Assembly (NCBI RefSeq): GCF_001194135.2
Contig: NC_068983.1
Coordinates: 72,255,315 to 72,319,314, forward strand
Length of the DNA: 64,000 nt
Direction of reading: 5' to 3'
Source of the DNA: Octopus bimaculoides
Taxonomy: Eukaryota
Both the position numbers and the translations under genes were made by a program. The notes below the pieces were generated by a model, which was not told where the DNA came from, ran no database searches, and worked only from the letters and a program-made list of their open reading frames with translations. This document shows, piece by piece, positions 12,671 to 25,669 of the stretch. The number at the start of each line of letters is the position of its first letter. Positions within the stretch are counted from its first letter, which is position 1.

Positions 12671-12717
12671 TCTGTGGACCATACGGTTTCAGGGTTATTT
12701 GCCTTCGTCAGCACAGA
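12671..12717 (-). ncRNA. Type I hammerhead ribozyme, complete core, GUC cleavage triplet
   Basis: Minus strand reads UCUGUG-CUGACGA-AGG caaauaac CCU-GAAA-CC guau GG-UC-CACAGA. Perfect 6-bp stem I, 3-bp stem II, 3-bp stem III, all conserved core nucleotides present. Confidence 0.8.
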
Positions 12718-12898
12718 ATAACTCTTTGGCTGTGGCAAAAAATCGTTACTTTAAAGTGCTGCTACTGAATATCTCTTATTGAGAGATTTGGGAACAACAA
12801 TGTTTCTATTTTATTGAATCAGTGACTGTGAGTCACTTAGAAAATCATATATATTTTCGAACAGATGTTTAGCAGTGCCATCTCAGCTGAAGAGTTAT

Positions 12899-12945
12899 TC
12901 TGTGCCGATGAAAGGAAATAATCCTAAAATCATACAGTCCACAGA
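12899..12945 (+). ncRNA. Decayed inverted paralogue of the 12671-12717 hammerhead
   Basis: TCTGTG-ccgatga-aagg aaataa tcct-aaaa-tc atac ag-tc-CACAGA. Aligns gap-free with the minus copy; core mutated (CCGAUGA, AAAA). Confidence 0.6.
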
Positions 12946-13120
12946 TACTGTTTTGTGCTGAGTGGGGGTGCTAACCTCCCCTGTTTAAAAATATAAGGAC
13001 ACAGATCATGTGCCATATAGCCAGCTGTAGACGATGTCTCCTGGGGCTAAACAACAGTAGCATTCACCCCAACATGGGACTGCCACATTAGGTTGGCAAA
13101 AAATCATTACTAATCCAACA

Positions 13121-13256
13121 TCATCATCATCATCATCATCGTTTAACGCCTGCTTTCCATGCTAGCATGGGTTGGACGATTTGACTGAGGACTGGTGAAA
13201 CCAGATGGCTACACCAGGCTTCAATCTGATTTGGCAGAGTTTCTACAGCTGGATGC

Positions 13257-13258
<2 letters not shown>
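13121..13258 (-). mobile_element. RTE 3'-end repeat (family A), 5'-truncated
   Basis: (cat)n cgtttaacgcctgctttccatgctagcatgggttggacg..., ending at a (TA)n tract. Confidence 0.8.
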
Positions 13259-13322
<64 letters not shown>

Positions 13323-15126
13323 AAGAAAAAACAAACAAACAAAAGGGAATCATTTTTTTCTAAATAGTTGGAAAGTAATGACTTATTTGATTTACTGATA
13401 TGTATTTTGTTCCCAACCTATAACAGACAGGAAGCCATGCTCTGCCTGTTCTCTAGAAAAATTCTTTCCTACATATCAAAGAGGGAGCATTCATATTGTC
13501 ATTCACCTTCCAAGAAACATAGATACATAATGCCCAAAAGGATAGGAAGGTTATACATGGAATGTCTTTGGCCATGGGTCTGCTTGGTTATAGTTGGCAA
13601 GGGGCAAAATAATGGCATGCCTTTACCCTTCACAGGTTCTTCTATTGAAACAAATTTCACAGATTACTGTCATTTCCAGCCAGATGTTAAGATATCTCCT
13701 GCATTCACTGTCCAAATTTGGTTGGTATATAACATTAGATCATTGGCTATAACACTGGCATTCTCACATACTGTCAGAGAGGATAGTTTAGCAGCAAAAG
13801 TTTTCTTGTCGATGCAGTTTATATACTTGAATTTTACTCATTTAACTACCCTGGGTTATTTAACAGCAAGAAGCTTTTACTTCAATTGCAAAGTATTATA
13901 CTATATCATTTAATATAATTGTGCCACAATGCAACGCACAGTGACATAAAATCATATTTGTATGTCATACACTTAGAGATATGAACAGCAGTATTACACC
14001 AAAATGACCACCTTCTTTCTGCATAGGGAACTATCACCAACAATCCAATAACGCAATTGTCATGTAAGCCATGACAACCTCTTAACAAACAATATATCAT
14101 GTACAACTTACAACTAATAAAAGTTATTTCAACTTCTGATAGAATTGATCATTTATTACAATTCGAAACATGCACAAGTCATGACATTGGCAATAAATAA
14201 TAACACACAGTAAGATACAAAATCCATAATATGACAAAACAACTTCACTATACATCAAACAAAGTTGGAATTTCTCAACATTTTTCATCAAATATGGATT
14301 CCTGTCTCTAAATCCCCACTAATCATAGTCCCTACTCTGATAATATCATCTACATAATATTGTTTAATGCAATATTGCTGAATAATTTTCATAGCTGGTT
14401 AAATGTTTTATTGATTTTGTAATGAAATTAGGTTTGAGTTTCTCATCTCAACTTGTTTACTCATTGGTGACATTAATTCAAGTACCATATTGCTACATTG
14501 CTGTCATGAATAAAGTGTCTATTGCTATTTCAATGCAACAGCTATTTCTTCACTTTCCCCCGCAATATAATCACAGAGCCTATACTTAGTAGCCTGTATA
14601 AAAAAGAGAGCCTATACATATTAGCCTATGCATTATGCATAAGCCAACACAATATTGATTTCTAACTTTGGCAATGAATTTGATGGAAAGCGGGCACAGT
14701 CAGTTTATACTAAGCTAGTATATATGGGACTTAATTTATCAATCTTAGAAGAATGAAAAGCAAAGTCAACTTGCCCCAGCAAGATTTGAACTTGAAAAGT
14801 AAAACAATAGAATAATAAACCGAGTAAAAATTGATATCATCTGTTTACTTATTTCTTTATTTGTTGGAGGTTGATAACCTCATCTTTCACATTGCTGTAT
14901 GCATTATAAGGAAGAGACCATCTGAAATTCAGTATAAATAGAAATACAGAAGATAAAGTGAATAATTTGGAAAAAGCACCATACTACTATGAAATAATTT
15001 ATGTGGAAAAATATATGGCCTTTTTTTCATATCAGAGATCATTTAATGTTGTCAGCCCTTCTACACTATATATCAATATTCAGGAGAGCAGAATAAAAGT
15101 ATTTCCCTGTTAAATTTCCCTCAATA

Positions 15127-16421
15127 TATTGGGTCATCCCACAAATAATGCAATTTTTTTTATACTTCTTTTATTTTTCAAAATTAAGAAAAGAATTTCT
15201 TTTTTAATCTAAAATATACTCTCCTTCATTTTCTACAAAACTCTTCCATCTATCTGGTAGACTTGCAAGGCCCCTCTTCCAAAACTCACTTGCCCATAAT
15301 AAAAAATACTCTTCTAGTATTGGTCTGACCTCATCTACAGAATTCATATTTTTTTCCATCCAAATGATTTTGAAGACTGCAGAATAAATGATAATCAGAT
15401 GGGGCAATGTCTGGTGAATATGGTGGGTGGGGCATCGTTTTCCTTTCAAACTGCTCCAGCCTTTGGAATGTCATCCTTGCTGTATGTGGCCAAGCATTAT
15501 CCAGATGGAAGAACACCTTTTGTCTTGAAACCAAAGACGTTTTTTACTTCTTCTAGCGCTGACTTAAGTTGTTTAAGCTGCTCGCAGTAGCTCTCCTTTG
15601 TTATCATTTGGTTTGGGTTTAAAAGTTCAAAGTGGACTAAACCTTTCATATCCCACCAAACAGATAACTATACCTTATGTGAGTGAAGACCTTCTTTAGC
15701 CTGGGGTGCTGGTGTTTCTCCTTTCCCTACCCACTGTCTTTGATGCTTGACATTTTTATAGAGAACCCATTTCTTGTCACCAGTCACTATTTGGTCCAAA
15801 AAAGATTCATCCGTGGGACATGACAGCAAAGAAGAGCACATATTCCCTCTCTGTGCACAATTAGACTTGTAAAGTTTGTGAGGAACCCATTGACCCAATT
15901 TGCTGACTTTTCCAATGGCACGCAGGTGTTGATGAATGGTTGAATGACCAAATCCAAGCTTCTTTACTAGTTCCTCAAGAGTTATGATGGGATTTTGTTC
16001 CACCAGGGTTTGCAGAACATCCTTATCAAGCTCTACAGTTCTTCCAGGGTAAGGCTCGTCTTCTAGGCTATAGTTTCTGGCTTGGAATTTCTGGAACCAC
16101 TGTTGACATTGGCTTACACTAATTGTCTAATCCCCATATATTGCATTAATATTCTTTGCACTTTCCATTGCATTGCTGCCTTTATTGAACTCATAAAGCA
16201 ATATATGCCAAATATGCTCCTTTGTCAATTCCATTATAGCTTTGAAAAAATAAATATTAAAATTGAACGGCACTCTTCAAAACTTGCACTAAGAATAAGT
16301 ACAAGGTAAAATTACTACCTGCTTTTATAGCAAGTTGATGCAGGTAGTTTATCTCATTCCCTTCCTGACTTTTAGTTCATGCAATTACCAAAAAGCACAT
16401 TATTCATTGGATGACCGAATA
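15127..16421 (-). mobile_element. Near full-length mariner (D,D34D) with disrupted transposase
   Basis: ORF pieces FLDQIVTGDKKWVLY, FHLDNAWPH, PHPPYSPDIAPSDYHLF. Imperfect TIRs tattgggtcatcccacaaataatg (left) vs tattcggtcatccaatgaataatg (right, reverse complement). Length ~1.3 kb. Confidence 0.9.
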
Positions 16422-18162
16422 CTTTCTGTCATTTCAAAAATGTAACCATACCTTGAGATTTTAAGCTAAAGAAAACAGGCTCTTATTAAATAATAAAAAA
16501 AACAAAAGAAAAAGAATTATCATAGCCAGAGCAATGACCAAAGTGACTGGTAAATCAGCTACCTCCACAGATTGAGGAGGTTTAACTAAGCTAAGCCAAG
16601 TTGGCTGAGGCTACTGAACAAAGACAACATTATTAGTTTCTACAACAGAATATTGCTCTCTCTCAACAGAGCAGAGATGTTTAGTGCCTTGCCCCACACA
16701 TATTCTAGTGTTAGCACTGCAATACCCACTCATCTCAGCTATAGTAACACTTCAATTATGAATAGACAGTATCTACTTTCTTACTAGTGACAGAGCAAAG
16801 CAGCTTAGTGTATCTAGATAATGGTAAGTCTTAACCGATTGCCTTCTGACCTTAATTTGTGGGCTACTCTGAGCATTTAAAATAATCATCAAAGAGCAAA
16901 TATATCTGAAAACAATCTTGATCACAAGGCACCACTAAAGTTCTGAGAGTTACTTTTATGGAAATCAGCCAATTATTATCTGCAAACATATTTGATGCTG
17001 CAGAATCTTATAGTAAACTTCATATTCTAATGGAAAGTTAGAATATTTAATTATTCAGAAATAGTAAGCACCATAATATCTGAGATTGAAAACATCTAAG
17101 GAAAACAATTTATCGTCCAATATGATATTTGCTTATACCACTGATCGCTATTTTAACCTCTTAGACTCAACACAACTAGAGATCTCATAATTTTGTTTAC
17201 AGCACAATTACAAAAAAAATATCGATATTTAAACTGCTCTTGTTTTAAATAGACAATATTTTATCCAATCAGATGTACAGTTTTGGAATAGAAGATGCAG
17301 TACCCAGGTCTGGAGAACTACTATCAGTAGTTTGACTACAACAGCATTTATGTTGTTGATATATAATGCATGTATGTGTGTTTCAGCTTGAAAGATGTAG
17401 TTCCACAGGGATGCTGCTAGGAGAGGAAGAATGAGGATTAGTATTTGAGGAATAGATAAATGTCCTAAGTAGATTTAGGGCACTTATCTCTCTTATTCCT
17501 ACATCTCACATATAAACTACATAAGGTTACGAAAATGCATGAGATAAGTTGCCTAACAACATAAAAATAGCAAAAATAAACTCAATACTGAGCTAAAGCT
17601 AGAGATTGATGAGTGTTCTTTGACCATATGCATATCTATCAAGTGAAAAGCTGGGCGATTGCGTATATCCATAATGAATGCACCAGCCTAGACATGTGAG
17701 AAGGATTTATGTGTGACGTATATGTATACTTTATATAGCACCAGAAGTTGTTGAGGACATTGTTTTTATTTATTTTTGTTTTGTTGAGGAGAGGGGCTTC
17801 AAAGAGGAAACCAAACTTTTGCAAACTAATATACAATTTTAGCCATGAAGAATATGTAACAGTTATATATAATATCCATTTTAAGTACTGAGAACTTGAA
17901 ATTAAAGCAGTTTAATGTATTGACTTCAAAACAATGCAAATATTAAATGGTATTAAATGTTCCAATAAGACACATTTCTTAGCAAAAAATTATCTTCTTT
18001 CAAATAACTCATTACAATTTTGAATATCTCCAACAATACTGACACATCATAGTTTCACACCATAAGTTTATGCTACCTTTCATCCTTTTGAAATCAATGA
18101 AATAGGTAACAGTTATGTACAAGATGTCAATTCAGTTAGCTGATCACTTTCATATAACTTTA

Positions 18163-18540
18163 CTAGCTGAATTACCCAGTGTTGCCTGGGTTATTGTTGT
18201 TCTTATTCAGATTAGTAAACAATAAATATAAAGATGTATTTTTCTCTCATAATTATTTCAAAATATCTATACACACTCATACAAAATGTGTCGTCATCAT
18301 GTAAAATCTCCTTTACTATGTCATATGTAATGAATGCATAAATACACACATACTGACAGACACATGCACACTCATATACAAAATGTGTTGTCATTGTCAT
18401 CATTGTGGTATAAAATGTCCTTTACTATAGTTGACTATAGAAAGATTATTTTCAAGAAAATGTTATATTGCTTTCATCCAAATGAAAATAAAAATTACAT
18501 GTTGACACATGTGAGGTGTTATACTATTTGATTTGATTTG
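18163..18540 (-). mobile_element. Helitron-type non-autonomous fragment (3' end)
   Basis: Minus strand ACCCAG-gcaaca-CTGGGT-aattcag-CTAG|T, same architecture as 339-368. Internal duplicated subrepeat atacaaaatgtgt...tcctttactat. Left (3') boundary firm, right boundary approximate. Confidence 0.45.
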
Positions 18541-18707
18541 ATTTGGTAGAGCCATTTCAGAATGCACAGGGAACAGATAGACAGACAGACAAAGAATTTT
18601 ATATAGAGAGAGATAGAGATGGTTATGCAGTAATATGGAAAATCATGGTCATTTCTAACTATATATTTCATCTTATGAACTATTTACTGAGCTAAAAAAA
18701 TTTTTTG

Positions 18708-18742
<35 letters not shown>

Positions 18743-18785
18743 TCAGTAAATAGTGGGGTTGTGTTAACCGCACGTGGAGAAATAA

Positions 18786-20118
18786 TAGGAAAATGAAAAA
18801 AAGCCAGAATGCTGAACTGGAAGCATAATTTAATAAAGATTTTTTCTAACCGGTTTTCATTGCGATGAAGCAAATTATCAAGAAGAAGGAGAATGAAAAT
18901 GTTTTTTTACAAAGAAGTACAAAAAAGTACAAAATGAAGAAAATAATATATAAAACAATAATATATAAAAAAATAAATATACCCATACATTATATTGTCT
19001 TTGAGCTTTTGTAGTTCAATAGTAGTTCATGTATAAATTGGTAGGAAAAANNNNNNNNNNNNNNNNNNNNNNNNNNNNNNNNNNNNNNNNNNNNNNNNNN
19101 NNNNNNNNNNNNNNNNNNNNNNNNNNNNNNNNNNNNNNNNNNNNNNNNNNNNNNNNNNNNNNNNNNNNNNNNNNNNNNNNNNNNNNNNNNNNNNNNNNNN
19201 NNNNNNNNNNNNNNNNNNNNNNNNNNNNNNNNNNNNNNNNNNNNNNNNNNNNNNNNNNNNNNNNNNNNNNNNNNNNNNNNNNNNNNNNNNNNNNNNNNNN
19301 NNNNNNNNNNNNNNNNNNNNNNNNNNNNNNNNNNNNNNNNNNNNNNNNNNNNNNNNNNNNNNNNNNNNNNNNNNNNNNNNNNNNNNNNNNNNNNNNNNNN
19401 NNNNNNNNNNNNNNNNNNNNNNNNNNNNNNNNNNNNNNNNNNNNNNNNNNNNNNNNNNNNNNNNNNNNNNNNNNNNNNNNNNNNNNNNNNNNNNNNNNNN
19501 NNNNNNNNNNNNNNNNNNNNNNNNNNNNNNNNNNNNNNNNNNNNNNNNNNNNNNNNNNNNNNNNNNNNNNNNNNNNNNNNNNNNNNNNNNNNNNNNNNNN
19601 NNNNNNNNNNNNNNNNNNNNNNNNNNNNNNNNNNNNNNNNNNNNNNNNNNNNNNNNNNNNNNNNNNNNNNNNNNNNNNNNGTATGTAGTTTGGAATTGGT
19701 TAATAATGTTTTCAAAGATTTGTGTTGCCTTTTGCATTTAAGGACATTGTGTGTATTAATGATATTGTTCATTTTCGGGTCTGTGGTGAGTAAGGGGAGG
19801 TTTTGTTTAATTGTGGTGAATGCTTCGATGTTATTGGGGTTATGGGTGGAGATGTATGGAAGTATTTTGGGGTTGGGTGTGTTATTATGTTGGTTGGTTT
19901 TTAGTGTGTTTTTGTCAAGTTCCTTGGCACGTTTTATTCCAAGATCTATGAGTGTGGAGGGATATTGGCGTTGTAACAGTGTTTTTATGAGATCTTGTAA
20001 GCGTAACATTTTCATTCTCCTTCTTCTGGATAATTTGCTTCATCGCAATGAAAACCGGTTAGAAAAAATCTTTATTAAATTATGCTTCCAGTTCAGCATT
20101 CTGGCTTTTTTTCATTTT

Positions 20119-20122
<4 letters not shown>
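18786..20122 (-). mobile_element. Penelope-like element 3' part flanked by a 118-bp inverted repeat
   Basis: ORF 20015-19681 LIKTLLQRQYPSTLIDLGIKRAK...ILPYISTHNPNN...KCKRQHKSLKTLLTNSKL matches the PLE RT-thumb/linker preceding GIY-YIG. 18786-18903 and 20005-20122 are reverse complements with one mismatch. Middle is an N-gap. Confidence 0.8.
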
Positions 20123-20182
<60 letters not shown>

Positions 20183-20600
20183 TGTATGTATGTATGTATG
20201 TATGTATGTATATATATATTCTGCTTCACTTTTTGAGTTTTTATTCTTTCATTTGATATATATACATATATATCGCCATGATCATCATTACTTTAAGACA
20301 GTTTCACCTACTAAGAGATTAGCCTCAATGGCTCAACAACAGAATCAGGCATCATGGTTTACTTTTTGAGTTGTGTTTTACAACCAGATACCCTTTCTTT
20401 CAAATATTCTTTTCTTTTCCTCTCTTGTGAAATACAGGAATGCAGTGTATCTATTCCAAAATAATGATGCACATACATATACATGTGCTTCTGAGTTTTG
20501 TGTGTGTGTTATGATATTCACACACACATATATATGTATATGCAAAGGGCAATCATTTAGGGGATGAGATATAAGAATTTTGCTTGGAGGTTGTGTTTGA

Positions 20601-20638
<38 letters not shown>

Positions 20639-21599
20639 GAGAGAGAGAAATAGAAAGAAAGAAAGAAAGAAAGAAAATGGAGAGTTAATTCTACTCTGCA
20701 AGGTTTGGATATCTGACAAAATTTTATGTGGTAAAGTTGTTATCAGATAAATTTTGGAACAATGATGGTTGTTTCCAAAGCCTGACAGTCTCATTTTATC
20801 TATTAGAGAGATGCTTTTCAAACCCCACACCAAGTATCATTTTCCAATATTACACTTTTAGCTATGCTTTTGTTATCTGTGGTTTGGAAAAGTTATTTCT
20901 AGAATCAGGAGATGGCTTGCTTTTTCTTTTATTTTATTATTTTCTTACTTTTGCTTTGCTTTTCTTTTTTTCTATCCTTTTTAACTTTGGTAATATGTAG
21001 AATGTGATAAGTAATAAAGAATAGTGATATATTAGTTGTCTTTTAATTAACACATTAATAATATTGTTCTCTACTATTATTATACTATGCTTATTCAGTA
21101 ATGTTATATAAAGACAAAATTTCTCAGCAGGAAATTTTGTACTAGACTGTATGTTGCACTACATGAAAGAAAAGTGACTTTGGAGTTTATTGCACCTTTC
21201 ATTTTGTTAATCTATCCCTCTCTCTCTCTCTCTTTATATATATANNNNNNNNNNNNNNNNNNNNNNNNNNNNNNNNNNNNNNNNNNNNNNNNNNNNNNNN
21301 NNNNNNNNNNNNNNNNNNNNNNNNNNNNNNNNNNNNNNNNNNNNNNNNNNNNNNNNNNNNNNNNNNNNNNNNNNNNNNNNNNNNNNNNNNNNNNNNNNNN
21401 NNNNNNNNNNNNNNNNNNNNNNNNNNNNNATATATATATATATATATATACAAAGTGTACAGTATTTTATATCCATTACAGCCAGTCTTACCAGTCAGTT
21501 TCCCGTTAGGTATTCAATGGAGTTTTAGATAACAATCCAATTATGTAACCCTGCTAAGACACTGGCCTTTACTAGGACCTACACTGAGGTCAGTGACAA

Positions 21600-22200
21600 G
21601 AACATACACATTATCATACACACCAGAAGAACCTAACTCTTCAGTAAGGGGTCAGCATAGGTCAAACAAACTAACGCTGAAGGCTCCTTCAATGTGGAAA
21701 TGGGTGCCTTTGGCAGCGCTGACATGTGTAACCTCATTGGTTTCTTCATCCTAGATGTACTCACGAAGAAGTTCCCTTCCCCAACCTTTGGCCTCTATAA
21801 GGATGATGCATTGGCAAAATCAAGAGGAGCAAATGGTCACATGCTAAATAAGCTTAAATAAACTCACCAGCACCATAAACTCCCTTGGACTGAAGTTCAC
21901 AATAGAACTGACCTGAAAACAATGGATTTCCTTGATGTGACTCTGGACTTGGAGTCTGATGCCTACAGACCCTTTAGAAAACCAAACAAGAAGCTATCAA
22001 ACATTAACCCAGGTTCCTGTCACCTGGCTATAGTTTTCAAGAACCTGGTGAAGGATGTCACCAGAAGAATCTCCAGCTTATCTTCAAGTAAAGAGATTTT
22101 TGATGCTGCTGCCCCATTCTACAATGAGGTTCTGCCCACCAGCAGTTTCAAGGATAGAATTAGTTACAAACCAGACCTTATCCCCTCCAAGAGTAAGTGC
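21600..22200 (+). mobile_element. Penelope-like reverse transcriptase fragment
   Basis: GSFNVEMGAFGSADMCNLIG...FGLYKDDAL (cf. FDVTMGS.DGAE.CELVG...GLYRDDGL), then MDFLDVTLDLESDAYRPFRKPN...RRISSLSSSKEIFDAAAPFY. Confidence 0.85.
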
Positions 22201-22719
22201 CACAGGAAGTGTGTGTGTGCACACTCACACGCATGTGTGTTTTATTGACACTACATGTTCTGTAACTGAGGCATTTAACTTTTGATGATCTTAGCTCCAT
22301 TACCTTACCAATTTGGCAAGTTAAAGGTGGATTGAAGAATTTTATTAACAGTCAACTGATCAAAGATTGTTTTAGAGCAAGAAGATGGCTCTGCCTGAAG
22401 CTCTTGATATTGGGAAGATGACCAGGTCAACTCGGTGTAAAAGGTACATCTAAGATAACTCTCCATGCATACATACTCACACATCTATACTTCTGTGCAA
22501 ATTATATCTCAGAAATTTATTCACTTCTGAACAATCCAAACTGACAATTATTTTAGTAAACGTAGCAAAACTATGAAAATTAATTAAGCATCTATGATAC
22601 AAATACATTAATGTAGTTGTTGCTGCATTAGTCCCAGCTCTGATTATGCAAACATATAACCAACAGCATTTAAGTCTTCTTTCAATCTATGTATGATCCA
22701 AGACTACATTATCCAATGT

Positions 22720-22755
<36 letters not shown>

Positions 22756-23440
22756 CAATGTAGGATATGGCTTGAGGAATATTTAGCTGCTACTCCTAAT
22801 AAATTATGCGACCACGGAAATGGTCCTTCATTAGTTCAGAAGTATATTAATTATATTGAATGTTATTATGAGTTTTATATATTGCGATCATGAGAAATAT
22901 CTTATGTTTATGGGTGAGTAAAGAGCTTCATGTGGGGTCTCCAGTGTAGCACAATCAACATCCTACAATATTCAAATTAAGGACAAAATGTTTAATTATT
23001 CATGTTCACAGTAAATGCAGAAGTGCTATGGATGTAATCGTAATCAAATTCTCCATGTGTAATATCTCCTTAACCAGGATGCAGGACATGAAGTTGTTAT
23101 TGAATGTGAAACTGGCTAACTCTGTGCAGCTGATCTCATTAAGCAAACCTGTCCAGAGCTATTCGACAATAATAAATTATTTGCTATCATTGTTAGAACT
23201 AAAGTTTATAAATTTAGCAAGTCTACCAGCTAAGAGAGAAGATAGAGAGAAGGTTGGAAACAGGACCTTAATAAGCCGAATTATGCTATGTAACAAAGTT
23301 AAGTAGTCACCACTTTTATTATGCAACCTCTATTTAGAACAAAATTGACTCTCTTTTGTTTATGGCCAACAGTGATTTCAAGCAATGAATTAACAAGTAT
23401 CATCTGTATCATTTAATTCTGCACTATTGTTTATATTCTC

Positions 23441-23577
<137 letters not shown>

Positions 23578-25146
23578 GAGCCACTATATTACAAGAAGCA
23601 AATGGATTCAATTCAAACAATACTAGATTTTAGACTGGTGTAAATGTACACTAACATACACACGTGCACATACAAATAAATATGTGACAGGTTTCTTCAC
23701 AATTTCTGTCCTCCAAATTTCACTCACAAATTACTGCTTAACCATAGTAGAAGCAGTTGATACAAACCCAGAACAAAACAGATACAAAGCAAACGTCTTA
23801 ACCACATAGCCATGTTGAAGCTCTAGTTTTTCTATTATTATTATTATTATTACTATTTATTTATTTATTTATTTATTTATTATCTTGTTCAATAAAATGT
23901 AGAAGTCATTTTTGCCAAAAGCAACCAATTCCAATTGGTTATTTTCAAAGTTTGCTCAGAAAGCAATCTAGTTTTATATATCTGGCCTGATGTTGACACA
24001 TTGCTTTATTTAGGGATAGTTCTCTTAAATATGACCATCATCAGGTGATTCAGACAGCAGCGGCAGCAGAATTAAATCAATAAAGGAACTGAGTCAATGG
24101 GCACAAGAACTTGATTTAAATGTGCTATTATCATGCAGCAGAATGCTGTATTAAGTAAGACAGTAGATACTGAATAACATAGGCTAATAGCTACATTGTA
24201 AGCAGCCAGTATCATAGTTTACAACTAGGCTGTTTGTTTTGAAGAAGGCAGGGTTTTCTTACTACTAGTATATTTCACTATAGATCCTTGTCTTGAATAC
24301 ATACAAAAATATACATAATGCATACATACAGAAACACACACAAAAGCATTTACACTCACACACACATAATCTCAGCTTAAATAGTGAGAAGGCAACAACA
24401 ACCACTGCTAGTGTATTTATGCCTTTACAGCATCATAATTGTTGTTGTTGTACTAACAATATAAATAATTTATTATTGCCTCTGTTTTGCTGTCATCACC
24501 GATGCTACAAGCACCAGTAATAATAATGATGATGATGATGATTTTTTCCCTTCTTCTCATTATATGTAAAAACTCCATACCTTATGTAATCTGTCTTTAT
24601 AATATCCACTGTATTTGATGATGTCCCCATGACAAATAAATAAAACTAATAATAATACTGACAAATTTTTTTTATTTTGTCATAAAGCCATGAAAAGTAT
24701 GTAAAAACAATCAAGAAAATTAAATTCAAGGGGAAGATAAGTAGGGATAGGACTCAACAAGATATTTGAAAGTATGAGTATAAAATACAGCTGATACTGC
24801 AACAGCTGATGTCACTACAGCTGATGTTGCTTCTGCTGCTGCTAATGGTGATGATGACTAGTTTTGCTGTTTCATGATGATCATAATGATCACCGTTTTA
24901 ACGTCCACTTTCCATGCTTGCATGGGTCAGTCAGAATCTATTGAGGCAGATTTTTTTTGCCCTTCCTGTTGCCAACCTTTACATGTTTCCAAGCAAGGCA
25001 TTATTTTCCATAAGAGAGGTTCTTTCATGTTAAATAATGCAGTAATTTGTGTTCTAACACAATATCCACTTTTGAGTGGGGATAAATATAATCTTTCAGT
25101 ATTGATATTGCTTCTGTCACTATTAATTATATATATATGTATGTAC

Positions 25147-25199
<53 letters not shown>

Positions 25200-25611
25200 T
25201 ACTCACATATGCATACACACACAAACATAAACAAACAAACAACACACATACAATACTCACACACTCATATATACATATCTGTTTCCTAAGAGCATAAGAC
25301 TTGAAAGTCCTCTCATTCTATCCAGCCAGCTAGTATGTTGTTATTTAGAGCAATCAGCTGAAATACTGAAGGGCATCCTTAAGGACTTTCCATACCTAAC
25401 AGTTTATTTTTCTAACTGACAAAGAACAGGATTTACTCTAATGACCCTGCCAATTTGGCACCCTAATGAGTGTGTGTATGTGTGTGTATTTTTATCTGTA
25501 AGTCAAAGTGTGTGTTTGCATCTTTGTTTGTGTGTGTATGTGTACACTTGCAACCTCCGTGTGTATTTGTATCTGTGTACATGTGTGTGCATCTGTGTGT
25601 ATGTAAGCTTG

Positions 25612-25669
<58 letters not shown>

